Counted from the stretch's first letter, positions 7,871-21,347 are shown. The stretch is 24,000 bases of DNA from Cetobacterium somerae (GCF_022430525.1 NZ_CP092519.1:784454-808453); one strand, 5' to 3'. Made by a program: numbers and translations. The notes: a model not told the origin generated them from the sequence alone.

Positions 7871-8860
<990 letters not shown>

Positions 8861-8923
8861 TTATTATATATTCTTGTATATATAATAACATATTTTTTTA
8901 TTGTTGCAATAATTAAAAAAGTT

Positions 8924-8953
8924 TTTAGTAAAAAATTTAGTAAAATGTTTACT
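8924..8953. promoter_or_regulatory. Candidate LacI-family operator: three AGTAAA half-sites
   Basis: TTTAGTAAAA occurs twice in tandem (8924-8933 and 8936-8945). The second copy also forms the inverted repeat AGTAAAA-T-GTTTACT (8939-8953). The element lies immediately upstream of the -35 of the ebgA-like promoter, in the divergent intergenic region. Confidence 0.4.
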
Positions 8954-8960
8954 AAAAAAA

Positions 8961-8989
8961 TTGACAAAGGTGACTAAAAGTTGTATACT
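8961..8989 (+). promoter_or_regulatory. Promoter of the ebgA-like operon
   Basis: TTGACA (8961-8966), a 17-nt spacer, then TATACT (8984-8989). The RBS GGGAGG lies about 12 nt before the ATG at 9047. Confidence 0.6.
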
Positions 8990-9043
8990 CGATTCATGTA
9001 ACAAAAAAACTTTAAAAGCACTTAATTGGGAGGTTATATATAA

Positions 9044-12094
<3,051 letters not shown>

Positions 12095-12104
12095 GGAGGA
12101 GTAG

Positions 12105-12557
12105 ATGTTAATTTTAAATAGTTTTGATGAATTTAAAGATATATTTAGAAGTGGAAAGAAATGGATTAGATGTAAAGAAGCTATTGAAAATATACCAAAT
12201 ATAAAAGAAAATAGATATCACAGTATTGGAGATTCTTTAGTTTATATGTTTAAAACAGAAAATCATAAAAATGAAGTGGATTTTCAAGGGCATAGAAGAT
12301 ATATGGATATTCATTATTATGTAGAAGGGCGAGAGGTATTAGAAATATCTAAAAAAAATGATTTGGATATAAAAAGTAGCTATTCTGATGAAAATGATAC
12401 AGAATATTTTTATGGAACTGGAGAGATTATAAATTTAACAGCTGGAAACTTAATAATAATTGAAAATGATGAAGCATTTAGATTTAAAGGAGCGGAAAAC
12501 TTAAAAAAAGTAGTTTTAAAGGTAACAATTGAAGATAATTATTTCTTAAATAAATAG
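12105..12557 (+). CDS. ebgC: Beta-galactosidase beta subunit (YhcH/YjgK/YiaL, DUF386 family), EbgC-like
   Basis: 150 aa. SGKKWIRCKEAIENIPNI, HSIGDSL, GHRRY..HYY and KKVVLKVTIEDNYFLNK closely match my recollection of E. coli EbgC (149 aa). Confidence 0.85.
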   Translation: MLILNSFDEFKDIFRSGKKWIRCKEAIENIPNIKENRYHSIGDSLVYMFKTENHKNEVDFQGHRRYMDIHYYVEGREVLEISKKNDLDIKSSYSDENDTEYFYGTGEIINLTAGNLIIIENDEAFRFKGAENLKKVVLKVTIEDNYFLNK

Positions 12558-13988
<1,431 letters not shown>

Positions 13989-13996
13989 AAAATTAA

Positions 13997-14035
13997 ATAG
14001 TACGGATATTAAAAATATCCGTACTATAAATTTTT
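13997..14035 (+). terminator. Perfect 14-bp stem-loop with a displaced T-run between the permease and GH63 genes (partial terminator or processing/stability element)
   Basis: ATAGTACGGATATT (13997-14010) and AATATCCGTACTAT (14014-14027) flank the loop aaa. They are followed by aaaTTTTT (T-run at 14031-14035). Confidence 0.5.
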
Positions 14036-14050
14036 ATATAAGGAGAGAAT

Positions 14051-16309
14051 ATGAAAAAAATATTAACATTAGGATCAATTAGTTTTTTACTTTTTAGTTG
14101 CTCAACAAAAGAAAAAAATAACAATAAAAATATTAGTAGAGAAAGTTATAAAAATATACTAAATATACAAGGTGAGCCAAAAGAATTTACATACTTTGCC
14201 CCTAAAAAAGAAACTGATAAATTAGGAACAAATTATATCAATAGTTTTGTAGATTTAGGAGCTTGGCATGGTTATTATCAACCAGAATATGGTAAATATT
14301 CTATGTATGGAGGATTTGCAGGTCCATTTTATTTAGCAGAGGAGTATGCAGCAAATTTATCAGATAGTTTCAATAAAATTGAGATTATAAATAAAATAAC
14401 AAATGAAAAGTATAATTTATCAACAGGTGAAGTGAAGTTTGATTATATTCCAGGTAAATTAATTCAAAGTTATAATTTAAAAGATATGAATTTAGTATTA
14501 GAGCTTATTTTTGTTACAAATAGAACAGCTCTTATAAAAACAATTATAACAAATAAAACAGATAAAGAGTTAAATATTAGTTTAAATTGGTCTGGAGAAT
14601 TGTATAATAAATTAGGAAAGTGGAATGAAAAAAATAAAGAATATAATTATATATCTCTTAATAATTCTTTAAAAAAATCTGAAAATGGAGTTCTAGTTGA
14701 TTTTAAAGAAAAGAGATTAGTTTGGGATTATTTAATGAGTAACGATACACAATTTCAGATAAAACATTCATTACCAGTAAAAACAAAAATTAAAAATAAC
14801 GTATATAAATCTGAGCTTGAAAAATCTATAACTATTCCACCTAAAGATAAACTAGTTACTTATACAACAGAGTCATATACATTTACAAAAGATGAAGCTA
14901 ATAAAGAGAAAAAATTAATAGAAGATATATTAAATAATGGAGATAAATATTTTATTGAAAATAATAAAAGATGGCAAGGATATATAGATAAAACTGTAAA
15001 AATAGAGAATTTAAATTCAAAATATGATATAGCTGCAGTGAAATCAGTTAATACATTAATTACAAATTGGAGAAGTCCTGCAGGAGCTATAAAGCATGAT
15101 GGAATAACACCTTCTGTAAGCTATAAATGGTTTAATGGATTTTGGGCATGGGATTCTTGGAAACAAGCTGTAGCTACAGTTAATTTTAATGAAGAGCTAG
15201 CTAAGAATAATATAAGAGCTCTTTTTGATTACCAAATAACAAAAAATGATAAAATAAGACCTCAGGATGCAGGAGTGATTATAGATGCTATTTTTTATAA
15301 CAAAGATGAGGATAGAGATGGAGATGGTGGAAATTGGAATGAAAGAAATTCTAAGCCAGCTTTAGCAGCATGGGCAGTTTGGGAAGTTTATAAAGTGACT
15401 GAGGATAAAGAGTTTTTAAAAGAGATGTATCCTAAATTAAAAGAGTATCATAATTGGTGGTATACAAATAGAGACTTTGATAAAAACGGTATTGCTGAAT
15501 ACGGTGGAATGGTCCATAGATTAAATAATACTTCTGAAGAGATAATATTAGCTGCAGCATGGGAAAGTGGAATGGATAATGCTGTTAGATTTGATGTAGA
15601 AGGATATGGGGTAGATGATGAGGTTGTTAAGGTTTTAGAAAATAAGGATTTAAAAGGAAATTTAATAGGCTATTCTATAAATCAAGAATCGGTTGATTTA
15701 AATTCATTTTTATATGCTGAAAAAATATACTTAAGTAATATGGCAGAAGTATTAGAATTACCAAAAGAGAAAAAAGAGTATTTGAAATCTGCAAAAAAAG
15801 TTAAAGAGTATGTAAATAAAAATATGTTTGATGAAGAAACAGGGTATTATTATGATCTTCAGATAGGTGAGAATGGAAATAAAAAGCTTCTTGTAAATAG
15901 AGGAAAAGGAACAGAAGGATATATACCATTATGGGCAAATTTATCTACAAAGAAGGAAGCTAAAAGAGTGGTTGAAAATATAATGGATAAAAATGTTATG
16001 AATACATATTTACCGTTTCCAACATCAGCAAAGGATAATCCAAAATATAATCCAGTAAAATATTGGCGTGGACCAGTATGGTTAGACCAAGCATATTTTG
16101 GAATAATAGGTTTAAATAATTATGGATATAAAAAAGAAGCACAAGATTTAAGTATAAAACTTTTTGAAAACTCAGAAGGGTTATTAACTGATGGAGTAAT
16201 CAGAGAAAATTATAATCCAGAAACGGGAGAGGGACTACATTGTTCTAATTTTAGTTGGTCAGCATCAGTTTATTATTTAATTTATAAAGATTTCCTAAGA
16301 AATAAATAG
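14051..16309 (+). CDS. ygjK: GH63 family alpha-glucosidase, YgjK-like, probable lipoprotein
   Basis: 752 aa with signal peptide MKKILTLGSISFLLFSC (lipobox-like LFSC). DLGAWHG, WRSPAGAIKHDGITPSV, WDSWKQA, RPQDAG, GDGGNWNERNSKPALAAWAVWEVY, YWRGPVWLDQAYFG and ENYNPETGEG..NFSWSA match my recollection of E. coli YgjK. Confidence 0.85.
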   Translation: MKKILTLGSISFLLFSCSTKEKNNNKNISRESYKNILNIQGEPKEFTYFAPKKETDKLGTNYINSFVDLGAWHGYYQPEYGKYSMYGGFAGPFYLAEEYAANLSDSFNKIEIINKITNEKYNLSTGEVKFDYIPGKLIQSYNLKDMNLVLELIFVTNRTALIKTIITNKTDKELNISLNWSGELYNKLGKWNEKNKEYNYISLNNSLKKSENGVLVDFKEKRLVWDYLMSNDTQFQIKHSLPVKTKIKNNVYKSELEKSITIPPKDKLVTYTTESYTFTKDEANKEKKLIEDILNNGDKYFIENNKRWQGYIDKTVKIENLNSKYDIAAVKSVNTLITNWRSPAGAIKHDGITPSVSYKWFNGFWAWDSWKQAVATVNFNEELAKNNIRALFDYQITKNDKIRPQDAGVIIDAIFYNKDEDRDGDGGNWNERNSKPALAAWAVWEVYKVTEDKEFLKEMYPKLKEYHNWWYTNRDFDKNGIAEYGGMVHRLNNTSEEIILAAAWESGMDNAVRFDVEGYGVDDEVVKVLENKDLKGNLIGYSINQESVDLNSFLYAEKIYLSNMAEVLELPKEKKEYLKSAKKVKEYVNKNMFDEETGYYYDLQIGENGNKKLLVNRGKGTEGYIPLWANLSTKKEAKRVVENIMDKNVMNTYLPFPTSAKDNPKYNPVKYWRGPVWLDQAYFGIIGLNNYGYKKEAQDLSIKLFENSEGLLTDGVIRENYNPETGEGLHCSNFSWSASVYYLIYKDFLRNK

Positions 16310-16311
16310 AT

Positions 16312-16338
16312 AAAAAAAGCCTCACTTTTTAGTGAGGC
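16312..16338. terminator. Bidirectional terminator shared by the GH63 gene (+) and selC (-)
   Basis: GCCTCACT (16319-16326), loop tttt, then AGTGAGGC (16331-16338). The preceding AAAAAAA (16312-16318) supplies the U-run on the minus strand. The plus-strand T-run is weaker (gaacTTTT). Confidence 0.7.
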
Positions 16339-16352
16339 TGAACTTTTAAAAT

Positions 16353-16446
16353 TGGCGGAAGCGTATAGGAATCGAACCTACCAGCGATTTAACTCGCCAA
16401 GACAGTTTTGAAGACTGCTGAGTACACCAGTAACTCATCCGCTTCC
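16353..16446 (-). tRNA. selC: tRNA-Sec (selenocysteine tRNA, anticodon UCA), 94 nt with encoded CCA
   Basis: The minus strand reads GGAAGCGGAUGAGUUACUGGUGUACUCAGCAGUCUUCAAAACUGUCUUGGCGAGUUAAAUCGCUGGUAGGUUCGAUUCCUAUACGCUUCCGCCA. The anticodon loop is CU-UCA-AA. There is a long variable arm (GGCGA/UCGCU stem), a T-loop UUCGAUU, a 6-bp-type D stem with the 4-nt loop UGGU, and an extended acceptor stem GGAAGCG(G)/(A)CGCUUCC. Confidence 0.92.
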
Positions 16447-16458
16447 AATTTCATATTT

Positions 16459-16487
16459 ATTATATCATAAATTTTTAAAAATTGAAA
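16459..16487 (-). promoter_or_regulatory. Dedicated selC promoter
   Basis: The minus strand has TTTCAA (16487..16482), a 17-nt spacer, then TGaTATAAT (-10 at 16464..16459). This places the start site a few nt upstream of the mature tRNA 5' end. The -35 lies inside the last codons of the DUF3343 gene. Confidence 0.55.
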
Positions 16488-16750
16488 GTAGAAAAATTCT
16501 TTTTAAAGCCATTTTTTTCACAAAGATAGAAATTGTATATATTTTTATCTATATTATTTTCAATTAAAAGTTCTAGTATTTTATGTGCATCTTCAATATT
16601 TGCTTTTAAAGAAAGACCACAGCTAGCTTTTAACTCACCAGGTAATGGTATGATTCGAACATCTACTCCGTTATCAACTAAGAATTTTTCTACCTTCATA
16701 ACTAAATGAGTTGAATCGATTGTTATAATTAAAAAATTTTCTGAGCTCAT
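16475..16750 (-). CDS. DUF3343 family small protein (putative Se/S carrier-like)
   Basis: 91 aa with the conserved pattern IPLPGELKASCGLSL (single conserved Cys). Its ATG overlaps the yedF stop (TAATG), and it always follows yedF here. Confidence 0.7.
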   Translation of the reverse strand: MSSENFLIITIDSTHLVMKVEKFLVDNGVDVRIIPLPGELKASCGLSLKANIEDAHKILELLIENNIDKNIYNFYLCEKNGFKKNFSTFNF

Positions 16751-17337
16751 TATGGTCTAATCACCTTATTTGCTTTCATTTGTTTTTCTATTATGTTGTA
16801 CATATTTGTGATGCTCCCGACAGCAATATTGTTTTCTAAATGATAGAAATTAAGACAAGCTCCACAAGATAGAATTTCAACTCCTCTTTCCTCAAGAATT
16901 CTTAAGTCTTTTATAGTAGTCTCATTAGAAGCTGTTAAAAACACACCTTTATTATAGAAAAGAATAGCTTTTGGCAGAGATTCCATTTCAGTAAGAGTAT
17001 ATATAAAACCTTTCATTAAAGTTTCACCAAGAGCAGTTTCGCCATCACCCATTTTATCAGAAGCAATAACTATAATAGTATTATTTTCATCATTAGAAGT
17101 ACTAGAATTTGATGAAGTTTCATTAATTGTTTTATTTATTTGAATAAAAAATATTCCATTTTCTTCTCTAGTAGTAAATGAAAATCCCATTTCCTTAGAA
17201 AACTTTTCAATATTTTCCTTAGAAATTTTGTTATCTATAGAAACTTCAATTGAACCTTCTGTTATTTCTTTTAAAGCATTTTTTGTCATAATAACTGGTA
17301 TAGGACAAGTTTGTCCAATAGCATTAACTTTTATCAT
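16750..17337 (-). CDS. yedF: Selenium metabolism protein YedF (TusA/SirA-like N-domain plus DsrE-like C-domain)
   Basis: 195 aa. The N-terminus MIKVNAIGQTCPIPVIMTKNAL carries the TusA-type CPxP motif. A low-complexity linker (SSNSSTSNDENN) follows, then a DsrE-like domain with ILSCGACLNFY. Confidence 0.8.
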   Translation of the reverse strand: MIKVNAIGQTCPIPVIMTKNALKEITEGSIEVSIDNKISKENIEKFSKEMGFSFTTREENGIFFIQINKTINETSSNSSTSNDENNTIIVIASDKMGDGETALGETLMKGFIYTLTEMESLPKAILFYNKGVFLTASNETTIKDLRILEERGVEILSCGACLNFYHLENNIAVGSITNMYNIIEKQMKANKVIRP

Positions 17338-17503
17338 TATTTCACACTCCTTGAAAAATTATACTTTTTTTAATTATACAATATTTATACAAAAAATTAT
17401 ACTTTAAAATTGATATAAATAGACAATAAAAAAATTGATTTTTTTTAGTAAAGGTGTTATTATAAAAATTGTTTTAAATATAATACAGTACGAGGAGTTG
17501 AGA

Positions 17504-18928
17504 ATGAAAAAGAAGTATCTATCTGTGTCATCACTAGTAATGATGATATTCTTGGGAGTATTTGGATTTGGAAATATTGCCAATAATTTTAAAGAAGTAG
17601 GAATGTCATCCGCCACAATGTTGGTAATAGGAATATTATTTTATTTCTTACCACTTTGTTTAATAATGGCAGAATTTGGAGCGTATGCTCAAGATAGAAC
17701 GAGCGGAATATATTCATGGATAGAGATAGGATTAGGAAAAAAAATGGCCTATTTTGCAATTTGGTCATATTTTATAGCAAATATATTTTATTTACCAACA
17801 TTGGCAACAAGAGTGCCAACATACTTTAGTTTTGGGTTATTTGGAGATGCAAATATATCAAATATACAAACAGCTACTTTATCTTTAGTAGCATTGGTTA
17901 TATCATTAATCATTGGTGTGAAGTATCAAAAAGCTATTGGAGCTCTTTCAAAGCCTATAGGTTATGTTTCTTTATTTACAGTTTTAATATTTTTAGTAGC
18001 TGGAATATATCTTCATTTAACAGGACAAGGAGCTACGAATTTAACAACTGAAATGTTTATAATAAAAACTACATCTAAATCGGATTTAGCTAGATCTTTA
18101 GGAACATTTTCATGGATATTATTTGCATTTGGAGGAGGAGAGGTAGTAGGACCATATGTAAATCAAGTAGAAAATCCAGAAAAAAACTTTGTAAAAGGAT
18201 TACTTGTAGCTTCAATGTTAATAGGAATACTTTATGTTTTAGGAATTGTTTCAGTTTCAGCATTTGGAACGCAAGAGGATTTTTCAAAAATATCTTTAAT
18301 AAACGCAGTTTTAGCAGGTTTTAAATTTATGGGAGATAAGATAGGATTAGGAATTTGGTTTGTTAAATTAATGGGAATAGCTTATTCTTTAATAACATTA
18401 GTAGCTCTTATTCTTTGGGGAAGTTCTTTAGCTGCTGGAGTATTCAGTGAGGCACCAAAAGGAACTTTTCCAGATTGGTTAACGAAGAAGTCTGATAAAA
18501 ATGGGATTTTAAGAAACGCTTTAATATTTCAAACAATATTAGCGTTTTTATTCATAGCTCTTACAACTTTTGGAGGAGAGGCAGCAGGAGAGCTTTACTA
18601 TAGAGTATACGATATGACAACGATGGCTTTAATTGTACCGTATTTTTGTTTAGGAATAAGTTACATATTCTTTAGAAAAAGAGGTTATGTATCACCGTTT
18701 CAAATATCAAAAGGGAACTTAATCCCTATTTTAGCAGGAGTATCAGTTTCAGCAATGACGTTTATAGCTTTTATTTTTGCAGGATATGATTTTACAGTGC
18801 CAATAGTAAAGCAGTTAGATAAAATGAAGTTATATTATGGTGGTCTATTAATGTTTATGTTAATAGGTGTAATTATTAAATTTTTAAGTGGAATAAATCA
18901 TAAATCTAAAGAAAATAAGAAAAAATAG
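17504..18928 (+). CDS. APC-superfamily permease, paralog of the 12573-13988 permease
   Basis: The start was moved to the ATG at 17504 (MKKKYLSVSS), 6 nt after GAGGAG (17492-17497). This gives 474 aa. It shares FGFGNIANN, FYFLPLCLIMAEF and SGIYSW with the YgjI-like protein. A promoter candidate is TTGATT (17435-17440), a 17-nt spacer, then TATTAT. Confidence 0.75.
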   Translation: MKKKYLSVSSLVMMIFLGVFGFGNIANNFKEVGMSSATMLVIGILFYFLPLCLIMAEFGAYAQDRTSGIYSWIEIGLGKKMAYFAIWSYFIANIFYLPTLATRVPTYFSFGLFGDANISNIQTATLSLVALVISLIIGVKYQKAIGALSKPIGYVSLFTVLIFLVAGIYLHLTGQGATNLTTEMFIIKTTSKSDLARSLGTFSWILFAFGGGEVVGPYVNQVENPEKNFVKGLLVASMLIGILYVLGIVSVSAFGTQEDFSKISLINAVLAGFKFMGDKIGLGIWFVKLMGIAYSLITLVALILWGSSLAAGVFSEAPKGTFPDWLTKKSDKNGILRNALIFQTILAFLFIALTTFGGEAAGELYYRVYDMTTMALIVPYFCLGISYIFFRKRGYVSPFQISKGNLIPILAGVSVSAMTFIAFIFAGYDFTVPIVKQLDKMKLYYGGLLMFMLIGVIIKFLSGINHKSKENKKK

Positions 18929-18935
18929 GTTAAAT

Positions 18936-18967
18936 AAAAATGGAAGAACTCAAGTTCTTCCATTTTT
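18936..18967. terminator. Bidirectional intrinsic terminator
   Basis: AAAAATGGAAGAAC (18936-18949), loop tcaa, then GTTCTTCCATTTTT (18954-18967). It lies between the convergent permease and SRPBCC genes. Confidence 0.8.
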
Positions 18968-18968
18968 A

Positions 18969-19436
18969 TTATTTTGTTTTATTAAATTCAGTTTCAGCAA
19001 CAACTTTTAATCTAGTTAGCTGATCTTCTAGAATTCTTTTATTAAAAACATTGAAAAGTTTATGTAATGAAGTTCCTTTTAATGTCCAAGCTGTTAGTAT
19101 TAAGTGAGTTTTAGTTGGATTAACCTCTTCAAAATCATATTCAAGTTTAAAGTCTACCCATTTATCTCCTACTTCAATTTGGTACATTTTCCCCTCTTCA
19201 TAAGCTAAAACTTTTCCACAATACTCCTCTTTAAAACCATACATTTTTATTTTTTCACAGAAAGTAGAACCAGTAACTTCTGGTGTATCTGTATGCTTCT
19301 CATCTTCTAAACCTGTAATCCAAAGAGCGTGCTTACTGTAATCAGATATAAGTTTAAATACAAAATCTTTTGGGGCTTCAATATCAATTCCTTGAACAAA
19401 AAATGGTATTTTTTCATTTAATTCTTTTAGTTCCAT
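18969..19436 (-). CDS. SRPBCC (START/Bet v1/polyketide-cyclase-like) ligand-binding superfamily protein, function unknown
   Basis: 155 aa from the ATG at 19436 (MELKELNEKIPFF), preceded by GGGAG. The pattern IDIEAPKDFVFKLISDYSKHALW and the size are typical of the SRPBCC fold. This assignment is by pattern only. Confidence 0.5.
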   Translation of the reverse strand: MELKELNEKIPFFVQGIDIEAPKDFVFKLISDYSKHALWITGLEDEKHTDTPEVTGSTFCEKIKMYGFKEEYCGKVLAYEEGKMYQIEVGDKWVDFKLEYDFEEVNPTKTHLILTAWTLKGTSLHKLFNVFNKRILEDQLTRLKVVAETEFNKTK

Positions 19437-19503
19437 ACAAATCACTCCCATTTAATAAAATTATATTATATTATTAAGTGATTTTATTAAATTTCCTTCA
19501 AGA

Positions 19504-21345
19504 TTAAATATTATTTTTTATTCTATAACTATCAATTTTTTTAGTAACTTTTTTTTCATCAAAATTCTCAAGGTATACAAGAGCCATTTTACGGCTAGTT
19601 TTGAGAAGATCTCTAAATTCTGCTAGTGTAATTTGAGTATTTACTATAAGGAACTTATCTAATCTATTTAAAGCTTCTTGATAAAAACCTTTTAAAAGAA
19701 AATAATCATTTAGTTTTACAATAAGTCCTTCTCTTGTTAAATATTGAAAAACTTCTTTAAAATTTATATTTTTATGAAAATGATCATTTAACTTTTCAAA
19801 ACTTAATCCATTAAACTCCTGTTTTTTTAATAGAATTAAAATTTCATCTTTTATTTTTTTTTCATCTTTTGAAAGCTTAACTTTAAATGTTTTAAGTGAA
19901 ACAAAGTTATCTTTTTCTTGAAATTCATCTTGAAACTCATTTATTAAGTTGATTCCTTTAAAAAATAGATTGTTAATAGTTGCTAAAGGAACCCCTTTTC
20001 TAAGAGGGTTTTTTAAATGAAAATCATTTAAGTATAAATTAATCTCATTTTTAAGATTTTTAAGATTTTCTTTATGAATAATGGCTTTTATTGTTTTAAA
20101 AACAAAAATATTCTTATCGAAACTATCTTCATTTAAAGAGAGATTAAACTCTTTATTCAAATCGTTTATATAAGTAAAACTTCCCTTATTTAAAAGATAT
20201 TCTGAAACATTAAGTTGTTTATTTAAAAGATAATTTAATTTTTTTAAATAGATAGAATTATTTTTTTTAGTAGGAACTCCAAAAGGTGTTAGAATTCGAG
20301 CTCCTCCAAGTAAAGAGGATGTACTAAGAGTTCTTAATATACCAATGTCGTCAAAATCGACAGGAATCTCTTTGTCCATTATAAGTTGGAAAAAGGTTGA
20401 TTCCTCTTCAAAATCTTGAAGGTATTTAATCTTTCCATAATACTCTCCAGTACCAATATTCAATCTTATTTTGGTATTGTTTTTAGGAATAGTTCCTTCT
20501 GATAGTCTATTGAATACTACATCTATTATTTTGCTATTTGTAATAGTTTTACTGTTAGTTAAAAGGTTACCTCTTTCAATCTCCTTTGCTGTTGCTCCAG
20601 TTATATTTAAGGCGCATCTTTGTTGAGATGAAATGTATTCTAAATCTTTTCCATGATTTTGAATTCCTTTTATTTTAATATTAATTTTTTGAGGATAAAG
20701 AGTTAAAGTATCTCCTTTATTTATATTACCAATAGTTGTACCACTAACAATAGTTCCAATTCCTTTAGGAGAATAGATTTTATCAATATCTAGTCTAAAA
20801 ATATTTTGAATATTATTAGATGAAGAGAAATCAAAATTTTCAATCTCTTTTAAAATTAAATTATATAGGTTTTCATAGGTTGAACTATCTTTTAGGCTAA
20901 CTTCAACAATAGGAAAATCTTTAAAAAACTCTTCTTTAAACTCTTGAGAAATTTGAGATCTAACTTCGTCAACTCTTTCAGAAGTAACTAGATCTCTTTT
21001 TGATAAAACAATAATTCCATTTTTTATTCCAAGAAGTTTTAAAATCTCTTTATGCTCTATTGTTTGAGGCATAATACCATCATCACAAGCTATTAAAAAA
21101 AGCACAAAGTTAATACCTTTAGCACCAGCAACCATATTTTTTATAAATTTTTCGTGCCCAGGAACGTCAATAATACTGATAATATCACCAGACGGAATAT
21201 TTAAAGGGGCAAAACCAAGATCAATGGTCATCCCCCTTTCTTTTTCCTCTTTCATAGTATCGGTATTTATATTTGTCAGCATTTTGACTAAAGTTGTTTT
21301 TCCGTGATCTATATGACCAGCTGTACCAATTACTATATTCTTCAT
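19504..21345 (-). CDS. selB: Selenocysteine-specific translation elongation factor SelB
   Basis: 613 aa. The GTPase motifs are AGHIDHGKTTL, DVPGH and SKRD. It has the long winged-helix C-terminal extension typical of bacterial SelB, and it directly follows selA. Confidence 0.9.
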   Translation of the reverse strand: MKNIVIGTAGHIDHGKTTLVKMLTNINTDTMKEEKERGMTIDLGFAPLNIPSGDIISIIDVPGHEKFIKNMVAGAKGINFVLFLIACDDGIMPQTIEHKEILKLLGIKNGIIVLSKRDLVTSERVDEVRSQISQEFKEEFFKDFPIVEVSLKDSSTYENLYNLILKEIENFDFSSSNNIQNIFRLDIDKIYSPKGIGTIVSGTTIGNINKGDTLTLYPQKINIKIKGIQNHGKDLEYISSQQRCALNITGATAKEIERGNLLTNSKTITNSKIIDVVFNRLSEGTIPKNNTKIRLNIGTGEYYGKIKYLQDFEEESTFFQLIMDKEIPVDFDDIGILRTLSTSSLLGGARILTPFGVPTKKNNSIYLKKLNYLLNKQLNVSEYLLNKGSFTYINDLNKEFNLSLNEDSFDKNIFVFKTIKAIIHKENLKNLKNEINLYLNDFHLKNPLRKGVPLATINNLFFKGINLINEFQDEFQEKDNFVSLKTFKVKLSKDEKKIKDEILILLKKQEFNGLSFEKLNDHFHKNINFKEVFQYLTREGLIVKLNDYFLLKGFYQEALNRLDKFLIVNTQITLAEFRDLLKTSRKMALVYLENFDEKKVTKKIDSYRIKNNI

Positions 21346-21347
21346 AT

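Noticed and set aside
16310-16352. Search for an att-like direct repeat of the selC 3' end, or an integrase, flanking the ebg block
   Set aside because: By eye I found no second copy of the tRNA 3' segment (ggaatcgaacc / tggcggaagcg) near 6300-6900, and no integrase or transposase anywhere in the window. The island idea is kept only as a low-confidence inference.
17404-17616. Minus-strand 70-aa ORF and the 17435-17503 N-terminal extension of the permease ORF
   Set aside because: Both run through the intergenic promoter region. The permease has a clear GAGGAG RBS and an ATG at 17504. The antisense ORF overlaps that gene's start.
18090-18324. Overlapping small ORFs 18090-18287 (-) and 18112-18324 (+)
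   Set aside because: Both lie inside the APC permease gene in other frames or on the other strand, and they show no supporting signals.
19437-19451. Five-codon extension (MGVIC) of the SRPBCC ORF
   Set aside because: The sequence ATGGGAGTG contains the GGGAG RBS for the ATG at 19436, so the downstream start is preferred.
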